Of a DNA stretch of 33,767 bases, positions 1 to 8,539 are shown in pieces. Below the pieces are notes generated by a model. It worked only from the letters and a program-made list of their open reading frames with translations. It searched no databases and was not told the DNA's origin. The position numbers were made by a program, and so were the translations under genes. The DNA is from Candidatus Caldarchaeum sp. (GTDB lineage: Archaea; Thermoproteota; Nitrososphaeria_A; Caldarchaeales; Caldarchaeaceae): assembly GCA_038885755.1 (NCBI GenBank), contig JAVZZH010000006.1, positions 1 through 33,767 of the forward strand. Reading direction: 5' to 3'. Position 1 is the first letter of the stretch, and every line of letters begins with the position of its first letter.

Positions 1-389
1 ACCTCAAGGTCGGCGTGTCTGTCCTTGACAGTGAGCTGCGGCGGCTCGGAGCACGCAACAAGGTCAGCGTTATCGCCGGCGGAGGGTTGGTCAGGGGCTC
101 CGACGACATCTACAAGCTCGTCGCCCTAGGAGCTGACGCGGCCGTCGTCTCGAAGGCTGTCGAGTACGGCGTCGGCGTGCCGGAAGCCAGAGTGGGGGAG
201 GATGTCATGCGTGAGAGGGTGGAGAACCTCCTGCTGGGTATCCAGCGTGAGCTCAAGCTTTTGGCGGGAGCGGCCGGCGTCAGCAGCTTGTTCAACACGC
301 TCGTCGGCAACAGGGAGCTGCTGAGAGCGGTTGAGGTTGACAGGGAGACGAGGCTTAAGCTTGGAGTCAAGCAGGCGGGCGTGGGCTAG
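1..389 (+). CDS. Glutamate synthase-like FMN-binding subunit (GltB domain 2), C-terminal part; 5' end lies outside the window
   Basis: Frame is open from the window start. Motifs IAGGGL...DIYKLVALGADA and V.NLL.GI..EL..LAGAAG fit the GltB FMN barrel C-terminus. The gene abuts a GltB domain 1/3 gene. Confidence 0.8.
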   Translation, partial: LKVGVSVLDSELRRLGARNKVSVIAGGGLVRGSDDIYKLVALGADAAVVSKAVEYGVGVPEARVGEDVMRERVENLLLGIQRELKLLAGAAGVSSLFNTLVGNRELLRAVEVDRETRLKLGVKQAGVG

Positions 390-391
390 GC

Positions 392-2461
392 ATGGAGAGG
401 CCTCTGTTGAACATTTCGGGCTGCGGTATTCTCGGCGTTCTCCGCAGAAGCGACGCCCCCAAGGTCAAGGCCCACGAAGTTGTAAGCTCGATTGAATGCG
501 TCCGCTACAGGGGAAGCAAGCTGGGAGCGGGCTTCGCAGCCTACAACCTCAACCACGGCAGCACCCCTTACAAGGTGAAGGTCTTCGTGGAGAGCGACGA
601 CTACCTCCAGCTCGTCAAAAACGTTCTGACCGAGCACGCTGACGGCGGTGTCTGGGAGCTGGGGGTGGAGAACCCTTCCTCCGGCAGGTTCGTCTCGTGG
701 GCCGCCCACGTCGATGCCTCCGAGGCCATGTTGAGGAAGGCCGTGGACATCATCAACCGCCAGCTCTTCGCAGGGATGAAGGGCCGTGTCTACTCATGGG
801 GCAGGTATGTGGAGGTTTTCAAGGGCGTGGGCTACCCCGTCGACGTCTGCAACCAGTACGGGCTTGTTGAGAAGAGGATTGAGGCCGACATGTGGATTGC
901 GCATACACGGCAGCCGACAAACTCGCCGGGCTTCTACCCCGTATGGTCCCATCCTTTCTCAAGCCACGAATGGTCCATCGCCCACAACGGCGACATCAGC
1001 AGCTTCGGCGCCAACATCGAGATGATAAGGCATCAGGGGTTCAGCAGCTTCGTCGGAACAGACAGCGAGCTCATAGCCTGCATCCTAGACTATCTAACAA
1101 ACATCAAGCACATGCCCGTCGAGAAGGCTGCGGCAGGCCTTGTCAACCCGTTCGAAGACACCATCCTCAACGGCGGGGCTGGAATCTCTCTCGAGACTTA
1201 CGTCGGAGAGCGCGGGGCCTGGCTTGACGGGCCTTTCAGCGTGGTCGCCGGCTACTGCGACGGCGAAGACGTTTACATGCTGGCTTTCGCCGACAGGTCG
1301 AAGTTCAGGCCCCTCGTCGTCGGAGCTGACGAAGAGAGGTTCTACGTCGCAAGCGAGGAGGCTGAGATAAAACATCTCTCGGAGGAGGCGTCTGTATGGA
1401 CGGTGAGGCCGGGCGGCGTTTTTCTGGCATCGCTGAAACGTGGCCTGCTGGTCTCGGGGAGAGAAGGCGTTAAGGCCGTCCACCACCGCGTCCCCAAGCC
1501 TCCAGCGTCAGGCGCCGTGGTCGACGCACGCGGCCTAAACCACAGCATGGTCAACAGCCTTGTACGCAAGCATTTCGAGGCCGGCGTCCGGGAGGTAAGC
1601 GTCGTCAACGTCAACGGCCACCGCTACCTAGGCGTCAACATCCCGGAGGATGGCAGGCTGCTGGTCTACGGGACGGCTGGAAACTGTCTAGCCAACTTCA
1701 ACAAGCACGGCGAGATAATCGTCTACGGCAACGCGCAGGACGACGTGGCAGACGCCATGTACGGAGGACGCGTTGTGATTCACGGCGACGCCCGAGACGT
1801 GGTGGCTCAAGCCCTTCAGGGCGGCGAGGTCCTCGTCAGAGGAAGCGTGGGAAACAGGGCCGCGATCCAGATGCGCGAGTTCCGGGACAAAAAACCTTAC
1901 CTGATTGTCGGAGGCAGGGCCGACGACTACTTCGGCGAATACATGGCCGGAGGCGTTGCGGTGATTCTGGGTCTAGACTGGCTGGACATGGATGTCAGCC
2001 TCGTCGGCAGCTACATGGCGACGGGCATGGTCGGCGGCAGAATATACGTCAGAGGCCGTGTGGACAGGTGGAGGATAGGTCTTCAGCCGCCGAAGCCCGA
2101 CGTCATACGCTACGTGCGCGGCCTCTATCTAGAGGGATTGGTTGCAGAAGACGTTCTAAGGTTTTTCCAAGACATGCCTGCGATAACCTTCGACGACGTG
2201 AGGAAAAAGCTGTCGGGCGAAGCTCTACGGAGAGCTTCAAAACTATTCACCTCAAAATACTACAAGGAGCTGGACGTTGATGTTAGGAGGCTGGATGACG
2301 GAGACCTGAAGCTGCTGGAGCAGCCTCTGAAGAGATACTTCCACGAGTTCAGGCTTGACGCAGCGCTCCTAAACAGGCTGCTCCGTGAAGAGTTCACGGT
2401 CGTTCAGGTTTCTCACCAGCAGGCCGGGAAAACCGCTGAAGCACAGCCCGAAGAAGGATAG
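392..2461 (+). CDS. Glutamate synthase-like protein: Ntn glutamine amidotransferase domain fused to a GXGXG (GltB domain 3) beta-helix
   Basis: N-terminal CGILG, AHTRQPTNS, HPF, AHNGDI, TDSE, LDGPFS and KFRPLV motifs (class II GATase). C-terminal GN.../GGxVV/GEYMAGG/GMVGGRIYVRG repeats (GXGXG domain). Confidence 0.9.
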   Translation: MERPLLNISGCGILGVLRRSDAPKVKAHEVVSSIECVRYRGSKLGAGFAAYNLNHGSTPYKVKVFVESDDYLQLVKNVLTEHADGGVWELGVENPSSGRFVSWAAHVDASEAMLRKAVDIINRQLFAGMKGRVYSWGRYVEVFKGVGYPVDVCNQYGLVEKRIEADMWIAHTRQPTNSPGFYPVWSHPFSSHEWSIAHNGDISSFGANIEMIRHQGFSSFVGTDSELIACILDYLTNIKHMPVEKAAAGLVNPFEDTILNGGAGISLETYVGERGAWLDGPFSVVAGYCDGEDVYMLAFADRSKFRPLVVGADEERFYVASEEAEIKHLSEEASVWTVRPGGVFLASLKRGLLVSGREGVKAVHHRVPKPPASGAVVDARGLNHSMVNSLVRKHFEAGVREVSVVNVNGHRYLGVNIPEDGRLLVYGTAGNCLANFNKHGEIIVYGNAQDDVADAMYGGRVVIHGDARDVVAQALQGGEVLVRGSVGNRAAIQMREFRDKKPYLIVGGRADDYFGEYMAGGVAVILGLDWLDMDVSLVGSYMATGMVGGRIYVRGRVDRWRIGLQPPKPDVIRYVRGLYLEGLVAEDVLRFFQDMPAITFDDVRKKLSGEALRRASKLFTSKYYKELDVDVRRLDDGDLKLLEQPLKRYFHEFRLDAALLNRLLREEFTVVQVSHQQAGKTAEAQPEEG

Positions 2462-2527
2462 AGATATACAATTACATCAAAAAGTATACAAACATAAACA
2501 CCCCTTTATGTAAACGCACGACTTATA

Positions 2528-3175
2528 ATGGGTGAGATGGCTAGTCGAAGAGATTTCCTTAAAACCGCCTCGACAGCCATATTGGTTTTCGCTCCATCTC
2601 TTACGCCTGCTGTCGCTGAGAAGTCGTCGAAGAGGTACGCCATGCTGATTGACGTAGATAAATGTTATGGCTGCATGGCTTGTGTCGTCGCGTGTGCCGC
2701 AGAGAACAACGTGCCGCTGGACAGCTTCAGGACATGGATAGAGCGTTTAGAAAAACCCGACGGAGTAAACATCTTCATCCCGAAGCAGTGCAATCACTGC
2801 GACGACCCGCCGTGCGTCCCGCCTTGCCCCACGGGGGCCACCTACAAGACGGAGGACGGCCTTGTCCTCGTCAACGACGAGCTCTGCATAGGCTGCGGGG
2901 CGTGCGTGAAAGCCTGTCCCTACGGAGCCCGTTTCATCAACCCCGTCAAGGGCGTGGCCGATAAATGCACCTTCTGCAACCACCGCCTCGCCTACGGCCT
3001 TCTGCCGGCATGCGTGGAGGCCTGCCCTACAGCAGCCCGGGTTTTCGGCCCGTTGTCCGAGGACAACGAGCTTTCAAAGACTGTGCGGAGCAAGCCGACG
3101 CAGGTTCTCAAGCCCTTCACGGGCGCCGAGCCTCAGATATACTACCTTAACCTGCCCGACGAGGTGAACAGGTGA
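2528..3175 (+). CDS. ttrB: Tetrathionate reductase-like iron-sulfur subunit B (4x[4Fe-4S]) with Tat signal
   Basis: SRRDFLK twin-arginine motif and four Cys clusters (CYGCMAC..C, CNHC..PPC..PC, CIGCGAC..ACP, KCTFC..PAC..AC). First gene of a B-C-A operon. The start could be ATG 2537. Confidence 0.88.
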   Translation: MGEMASRRDFLKTASTAILVFAPSLTPAVAEKSSKRYAMLIDVDKCYGCMACVVACAAENNVPLDSFRTWIERLEKPDGVNIFIPKQCNHCDDPPCVPPCPTGATYKTEDGLVLVNDELCIGCGACVKACPYGARFINPVKGVADKCTFCNHRLAYGLLPACVEACPTAARVFGPLSEDNELSKTVRSKPTQVLKPFTGAEPQIYYLNLPDEVNR

Positions 3176-3176
3176 G

Positions 3177-4286
3177 ATGCTTCCCGGCTACTATTTCCCG
3201 AACGAGGCGGCGGAGCCTCTCCTCTGGCATCCTGTCCTCTTCGCCTACACTTTGATGATATCGGGCTCCGACCTGCTTATCCTAGCTTCGCTCGCCTATC
3301 TCTCCGGCTCTCTCAGGAAAGCCATCCCGTTGATGACGATGCTGGGAATAAGCTTCTTCGGCGTTGTTCTGCTAGGGCCTCTGGCGGACCTCCGCGCAGC
3401 CCACAGGGCGGCGCTGATATTCACCAACGCACACCTCTCACCTACTCCGGAGAACCCCGGCCTGTCTCTCGCAGCTCTTCAGACATTCGCCTGGCTGACG
3501 GCCCTAATTCTATCGATAGGCTTCTCTCTCCTGACGTTCTCATACTACTCCCATCAAGCATCGCTCGCATCAGCGGGAGCTAGGAGGATGGTTTACCGTC
3601 TGTTCTCCCTCGGCATAACAACGGCTGAGAAGTACAGGAGGGCTGAGGTTGCTGCTAAAGCACTCGCAGTAGCCATGCTGCCGCCGCTAACGCTCTGGGG
3701 TATCTACCCTGCTTCGATGCTCTTGACCCAGACATGGAACCCTGTCTGGCGTGGATGGCCGCTGCTTCCAATAATCTACTTCGCCGACACGTTCGTCGTC
3801 GCCACAGCCGTCTTCATACTGGTCTACTACCTCTGGAGGCTGAAAGCTCTGGAGCGCGACACTCTCTCGCCTATTCTGAAGATACATGCGGCAGGCTCTC
3901 TCTCGGTGGCTGCGTTGACTGGGTTGCAGATGGCTGTCTGGTGGCTTTGGTCTCCTATGATGGCTCAGATGGTTGCACCGCTTCTACCCCTGATGTACGC
4001 CGTCATCGGGCTGCTGCTTCTATCCTTCTTCCTATCCCTTCTTTCTCTCCGCTACCCGCTGGCGAGCATATTGGTGTCGCTTGTGGCCTTGGCGGGAACA
4101 ATCACCAACAAATGGAACATGCTCATCAACGGCCAGCTGGTCTCCAAAACAGGGCTTGCGTTCTTCGAGGCAGAGCTGACGGGCCCGTGGCTTCTGGAGA
4201 CAGTGGCTCCGGCCGCGGCGGGGATAGCTTTGTTCATCCTGCTCTCGATTGTTTTCCCGCTGGAGATGAGGGAGAATGGTCAGTAG
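3177..4286 (+). CDS. ttrC: NrfD/PsrC/TtrC-family membrane anchor subunit
   Basis: Many hydrophobic helices, a GPLADL..xHR motif and a C-terminal KWNMLINGQ; lies between the Fe-S and molybdopterin subunit genes. Confidence 0.8.
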   Translation: MLPGYYFPNEAAEPLLWHPVLFAYTLMISGSDLLILASLAYLSGSLRKAIPLMTMLGISFFGVVLLGPLADLRAAHRAALIFTNAHLSPTPENPGLSLAALQTFAWLTALILSIGFSLLTFSYYSHQASLASAGARRMVYRLFSLGITTAEKYRRAEVAAKALAVAMLPPLTLWGIYPASMLLTQTWNPVWRGWPLLPIIYFADTFVVATAVFILVYYLWRLKALERDTLSPILKIHAAGSLSVAALTGLQMAVWWLWSPMMAQMVAPLLPLMYAVIGLLLLSFFLSLLSLRYPLASILVSLVALAGTITNKWNMLINGQLVSKTGLAFFEAELTGPWLLETVAPAAAGIALFILLSIVFPLEMRENGQ

Positions 4287-7200
4287 AAGGACAGCGGTTA
4301 AAGGTGTTGTGGGCGCCGCAGCATTAGGCGTCTTCCTCGCAGGCTACTGGAACACCGTCGACAGAATCATAAAGCCTTCAACAACGTTGTACAAACCCGA
4401 CAAGCTGACAGGCGCCGGAGTGAGATACGTCTACACGTCCTGTCTGGGCTGCAACGTGAGATGCGGGATAAGGGTTAGGGTCTCGACTTATGACGGCGTG
4501 GAAGTCATAGACAGGGTTGAGGGCAACCCCTACCATCCCTACAGCAGATATGTCTCGGCAGACCATCAGCTCAACCGCTACGAAGAGCTAGACTACAGAA
4601 CAGCTGTGCAGCAATCCCTCAAGGTCAGTGGAACCCTCTGCCCGCGAGGCCAGGATGGAATGCACTACGTCTACGACCCTTACAGGGTTGTCAAGCCGTT
4701 GAAGAGAGCTGGGCCTAGGGGGAGTGGGAAGTGGAAGACAATCAGCTGGGAGCAGCTTGTCAAAGAGGTTGTTGAAGGAGGTGTTGTCGAGGAGACGGGT
4801 GAGAGGCTGCCGGGCCTCAAGGAGCTGTTTGTCTTCGGTAGGCTGAAGGAGGCAGGGTTTGAAAACCCGGGCGACGTGCTGGCAAGCATCAAGAAAGACG
4901 TTGACGAGTTGATGGCCAAGGCCGCTGACAAAAACGTTAAGGCTGAGGAGCTTGACGGCCTGCTCAACAGCTTCAAGGAGAAATGGTCCAAGGCCCTTGG
5001 CGAGAAGGGTCTCAAGCTGGAAGACGTGCTGGTTGACCCTGAAAACCCGGACCTCGGGACAAAAGCCAACATGCTTGTCTACATGAGGGGCAGAGGCCAG
5101 GACAACGCCGACGTTTTCACCAACAGGTTTATAACCGCTTTCGGCAGCGTCAACTGGCTGCGCCACACCTCGTCATGCCAGCTCGGCTTCTACGCGGGAA
5201 ACTATCTCTGGTCGGGCTACTACGACATAAACCCAGACGCCTTCAACGCCAAAGTCCTGATAATGGCTGGCGCTGCGATGGGTAGGATACATCCCGGCGC
5301 GACTGGGCAGGGCTTGTTGGTGGAGAGGGCTGCGGAAGGAAAGCTGAAGGTCTACTACGTTAACCCGCTTTCGCCGAGAACAACCGCCGGCGGCAACATA
5401 GTATGGGTTCCGATAAAGCCCGGCACCGACGCCGCCCTAGCTCTCGCCATAGCGCAGATACTCATCGAAAAAGGCTGGATAAACAGGGCGTTTCTCGAGA
5501 AGCCGTCGAAGAAAGCGGCTGAGAAGATAGGCTATCCATACCACAGCAACGCCACGTGGCTTGTAATCATGGAGGAGGGGCACAGCCTCTACGGCTACGT
5601 CCTCACCGACAAGCTGGCTGGCCTGGGTCAGGAGGGCAAGCCGCTCGTATACACGAGGGAAGGGTTGACGGTCAACGAAGTCGACACCGCCGAGCTGGAG
5701 TACTCGGGCAGGGTCAGGCTTGCCACCGGTGAAGAAGTTTTGGTTAAGACGGCGTTCACGACCTTCAAGGAGACGGCTTTCAGCAGGACTGTCGAGGAGT
5801 GGGCTAGAGTCTGCGGCGTTCCAGCTGAGACGATAAGGAAGATGGCGGAGGACTTCGGCGAAGCAGCTCCGAAGGCAGCTACATACATCCACAGAGGCGT
5901 GGCGCAGCATCCCAACGGCGAGTACACGGTCTGGGCCCTCCGCAGCCTCGACATCCTGGTTGGAAACTTCCACAGAGCCGGCGGTCTTCTGGCGAGGCCT
6001 TCCACGACAAGCTACAACAACTACCTTTACAACTGTGGGGCCAGCGGCTTCGGCGAGCCTCTGCGATGGGGGCCGCCGATAGACAGGCACAGAGCCGAGT
6101 ACGAGAAAACACTGCACTACCATAGAAAGGTTAAGAGGGGTGAAAACCCGTATCCAGCCAAAAGACCTTGGTACCCGTTGTCGCCCGAGGAGAGCTACAC
6201 AGAGCTCTTCGCAGGCATAGACAATGCCTACCCGTACCCGGTTAAGGCTTTGATACTCTATTTCGCCAACCCCGTCATCTCTGCGAACAACGGCCTCAAG
6301 TTCGCTGAAGTACTCAGGGACACGAGGAAGCTGCCGCTTTTCATCGGCATAACGACGACCATAAACGAGACCTACCTGTACGCCGACTACATCATCCCCG
6401 ACACGACTTACCTCGAGACAGGCACCAGCGGCGTCCAGTTCCTCTACAGCAGCGGCATGGGCAGGCTGTTGGCGGAGTCCTGGAGGTCTCCGGCGATTAT
6501 GCCTTTGACGGAGAAGCTGGCTGACGCGCCTGACGGAAGCCCGCGCTACGCCTCGATGTGGGAGTTCTTCATAGACGTCGGGAAAGCCGTCGAAGCACCG
6601 GGCTACGGCGACAAAGCCATCCCCGGAGTCAAGGGGAGGAAGTATGAGGGCCGGTGGTTCCCGCTTCACAGCTTCTGGGACTACATCATGCGGGTGTACG
6701 CTAACGGGGCCGTCAACGCCGTGGACAGGGGCATAGTGCCCAAGGAAATCCCCGTGGAAGACGTGAGGTTCGTCGAGGAGAACTATCCGGTCGCAAGGTT
6801 CAAGAACAGACTGCCTGAAGACGAGTGGCGTGCTGCGGCTTATTGTCTGGCGAGGGGCGGGGTCTTCACACGATACGAGGAGTCCTTCAACGAGCTCGGG
6901 TTCTCTAAACGCAGCGTCCCCGGGTCAGGCGTTCTCCAGCTCTGGTATGAGACGCTCGCGAAAACACGCAACAGCATGACCGGCAAGAAGTTCTGGGGAG
7001 GGCCCGCATACTTTGAGCCGGCGACGTACGCGCCCGTGGGGCAGTCGTCCAGAACAATCCCGTTCGCGGGAACGCCGCTGAGGGAGCTCTACCCCGAAAG
7101 CCGGTATCCGCTGAACCTCGTGTTCGAGTCGGGGCCGCTTTACACAAAGCACCGCGGCGGAAACTACTACTGGATAAAAATGATTCTGCCTGAGAACTTT

Positions 7201-7722
7201 GTGCTGGTGAACAAGGTTGATGCGGAGGCGCTTGGGTTGAAGACGGGTGATGTTGTGGCTGTCGAGTCTCCCGAGGGCGTTGTTGAGGCGCCGGCCGTCG
7301 TGACCACGGCTGTTGCGAGAGGTGTTGTGGCTGTTCCCTACGGAATGGGTAGATGGGTTGAGACGCTTGTTGTGAAGCCTAGATACGTGAGGCTGAAGCG
7401 GGGCGGGGAAGCCTTGGAGGCTCTGCCGGACAAGGTCGAGATTCCTGAGGAAGCCGTCAACCCTGTCAAACAACTGCCCGCGCTCGTCAAGAAAGTATTG
7501 TTTACACACAGGCCGGGGGAGTATTTTGAGAAGGGGTTGGCTGTTGATGAGTGGAGGTTCGCCGGCGTATCGCCTAACCTGATAGAGTTGAGCGACGAGT
7601 CTCTGGCTGGATGGCCTCTATTGACATGGCTTGGCGCTGGGCAGTCGTACTACAGCAACCCCGTGAAGGTCTCGAAGACAGGGAAGATGAAGAAGCTGAT
7701 GCCGCATAGGATTGTCTGGTGA
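4276..7722 (+). CDS. ttrA: Molybdopterin oxidoreductase catalytic subunit, TtrA clade, with Tat signal
   Basis: SRRTAVK Tat motif; CLGCNVRC...CPRG Fe-S motif; GNPYHP; YDPYRV.KPLKRAGPRGSGKWKTISWEQL..EVVEGG; HTSSC (probable Cys ligand); ADYIIPDTTYLE; C-terminal dinucleotide-binding domain. Confidence 0.88.
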   Translation: MVSRRTAVKGVVGAAALGVFLAGYWNTVDRIIKPSTTLYKPDKLTGAGVRYVYTSCLGCNVRCGIRVRVSTYDGVEVIDRVEGNPYHPYSRYVSADHQLNRYEELDYRTAVQQSLKVSGTLCPRGQDGMHYVYDPYRVVKPLKRAGPRGSGKWKTISWEQLVKEVVEGGVVEETGERLPGLKELFVFGRLKEAGFENPGDVLASIKKDVDELMAKAADKNVKAEELDGLLNSFKEKWSKALGEKGLKLEDVLVDPENPDLGTKANMLVYMRGRGQDNADVFTNRFITAFGSVNWLRHTSSCQLGFYAGNYLWSGYYDINPDAFNAKVLIMAGAAMGRIHPGATGQGLLVERAAEGKLKVYYVNPLSPRTTAGGNIVWVPIKPGTDAALALAIAQILIEKGWINRAFLEKPSKKAAEKIGYPYHSNATWLVIMEEGHSLYGYVLTDKLAGLGQEGKPLVYTREGLTVNEVDTAELEYSGRVRLATGEEVLVKTAFTTFKETAFSRTVEEWARVCGVPAETIRKMAEDFGEAAPKAATYIHRGVAQHPNGEYTVWALRSLDILVGNFHRAGGLLARPSTTSYNNYLYNCGASGFGEPLRWGPPIDRHRAEYEKTLHYHRKVKRGENPYPAKRPWYPLSPEESYTELFAGIDNAYPYPVKALILYFANPVISANNGLKFAEVLRDTRKLPLFIGITTTINETYLYADYIIPDTTYLETGTSGVQFLYSSGMGRLLAESWRSPAIMPLTEKLADAPDGSPRYASMWEFFIDVGKAVEAPGYGDKAIPGVKGRKYEGRWFPLHSFWDYIMRVYANGAVNAVDRGIVPKEIPVEDVRFVEENYPVARFKNRLPEDEWRAAAYCLARGGVFTRYEESFNELGFSKRSVPGSGVLQLWYETLAKTRNSMTGKKFWGGPAYFEPATYAPVGQSSRTIPFAGTPLRELYPESRYPLNLVFESGPLYTKHRGGNYYWIKMILPENFVLVNKVDAEALGLKTGDVVAVESPEGVVEAPAVVTTAVARGVVAVPYGMGRWVETLVVKPRYVRLKRGGEALEALPDKVEIPEEAVNPVKQLPALVKKVLFTHRPGEYFEKGLAVDEWRFAGVSPNLIELSDESLAGWPLLTWLGAGQSYYSNPVKVSKTGKMKKLMPHRIVW

Positions 7723-7726
7723 AAAG

Positions 7727-8287
7727 ATGCTGGAGCTCGACCCCTTCCAGAGAGCCAGCCTCTACGCCTCGATTCTGGCTTTCTTCATGAAGCTCGCCGG
7801 CATGGAGAGGATTCCTCCGGAGATAACGGCTTTCTTCGAGAGCCTTGGGGTTGAGCTTCCCGAGTTCGACGGCGAGGACCTTGAGCAGGCCGCCAGCTAT
7901 GTCAGGATGTTTAGGGCGAGTGTTGTGAGGCTTGATGTTTCTCCGCAGGCGAGAGCACAGCTACCCTTCCACGTCAAGTCGTTTATGGAGGGCGCTGGCT
8001 ACACGGCGGCCGCGCCGTTCGATGGAATAATCTCGATGACTGGGTTTGCAGCACGTCTAGCCATCGACGCTTACGCTGCTCATCTAGAGGACAGAGAGAA
8101 GGCGTTGAAGCTCGAGAGGATGATTCACAGGTTCAACAAAACCCATCTCATACCCATGCTCGCCAACGCGAGGCCGCGGAACCAGAAACTCCGCGAAGCC
8201 CTCCAGAGAATTGCTAGGCTGGTTGAGGAGGACAGCGGCATGCTTCTGAAACAGCTGACGGGCGCGGAAAACCACCAACGTTCATAG
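7727..8287 (+). CDS. Probable TorD/TtrD-like redox enzyme maturation chaperone
   Basis: About 186-aa helical protein starting 4 nt after the ttrA stop, with an F..THL segment. The call rests largely on position. Confidence 0.55.
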   Translation: MLELDPFQRASLYASILAFFMKLAGMERIPPEITAFFESLGVELPEFDGEDLEQAASYVRMFRASVVRLDVSPQARAQLPFHVKSFMEGAGYTAAAPFDGIISMTGFAARLAIDAYAAHLEDREKALKLERMIHRFNKTHLIPMLANARPRNQKLREALQRIARLVEEDSGMLLKQLTGAENHQRS

Positions 8288-8311
8288 CCATGACCAGACG
8301 GGCCTGTTGTT

Positions 8312-8385
8312 TGCGGCCGCCGGGATTTGAACCCGGGACCTGCGGGCCGGGGCCCCGCCGTCCTACCAGCCTAGACTACGGCCGC
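8312..8385 (-). tRNA. tRNA-Gly(CCC)-like gene with non-canonical anticodon loop
   Basis: The reverse complement folds as GCGGCCG-TA-GTCT AGGCTGGTA GGAC-G-GCGGG GCCCCGG CCCGC-AGGTC-CCGGG TTCAAAT CCCGG-CGGCCGC-A. The acceptor stem and A73 are typical of archaeal tRNA-Gly. CCA is not encoded. Confidence 0.85.
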
Positions 8386-8420
8386 TGATGGAGGGTTTGG
8401 CGGTTGGTTTGTTTTGGTGG

Positions 8421-8434
8421 TTTTAAGGTTTTCG
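8421..8434 (-). promoter_or_regulatory. BRE/TATA promoter of the tRNA gene
   Basis: Minus strand reads CGAAAA-C-CTTAAAA about 36 nt upstream of the mature tRNA 5' end. Confidence 0.6.
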
Positions 8435-8539
8435 GAAGGCGTGGGCATAAACCTAAATACAACCCCCAAACAATCTACAACCGAAGAACGGGGCCGTCAA
8501 AACAGCGTAAAACCCCGAAAAACAGCACAAACAGACTCG
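8435..8539 (+). promoter_or_regulatory. CRISPR leader
   Basis: A/C-rich non-coding tract with a TATA-like CCTAAATA before the first perfect repeat; the degenerate repeats are at the opposite end. Confidence 0.7.

Noticed and set aside
5437-6669. 410-aa minus-strand ORF and other antisense or alternate-frame ORFs in the glt, ttr, cmr, liv and GH genes
   Set aside because: They are shadow frames of well-supported genes and carry no family motifs.
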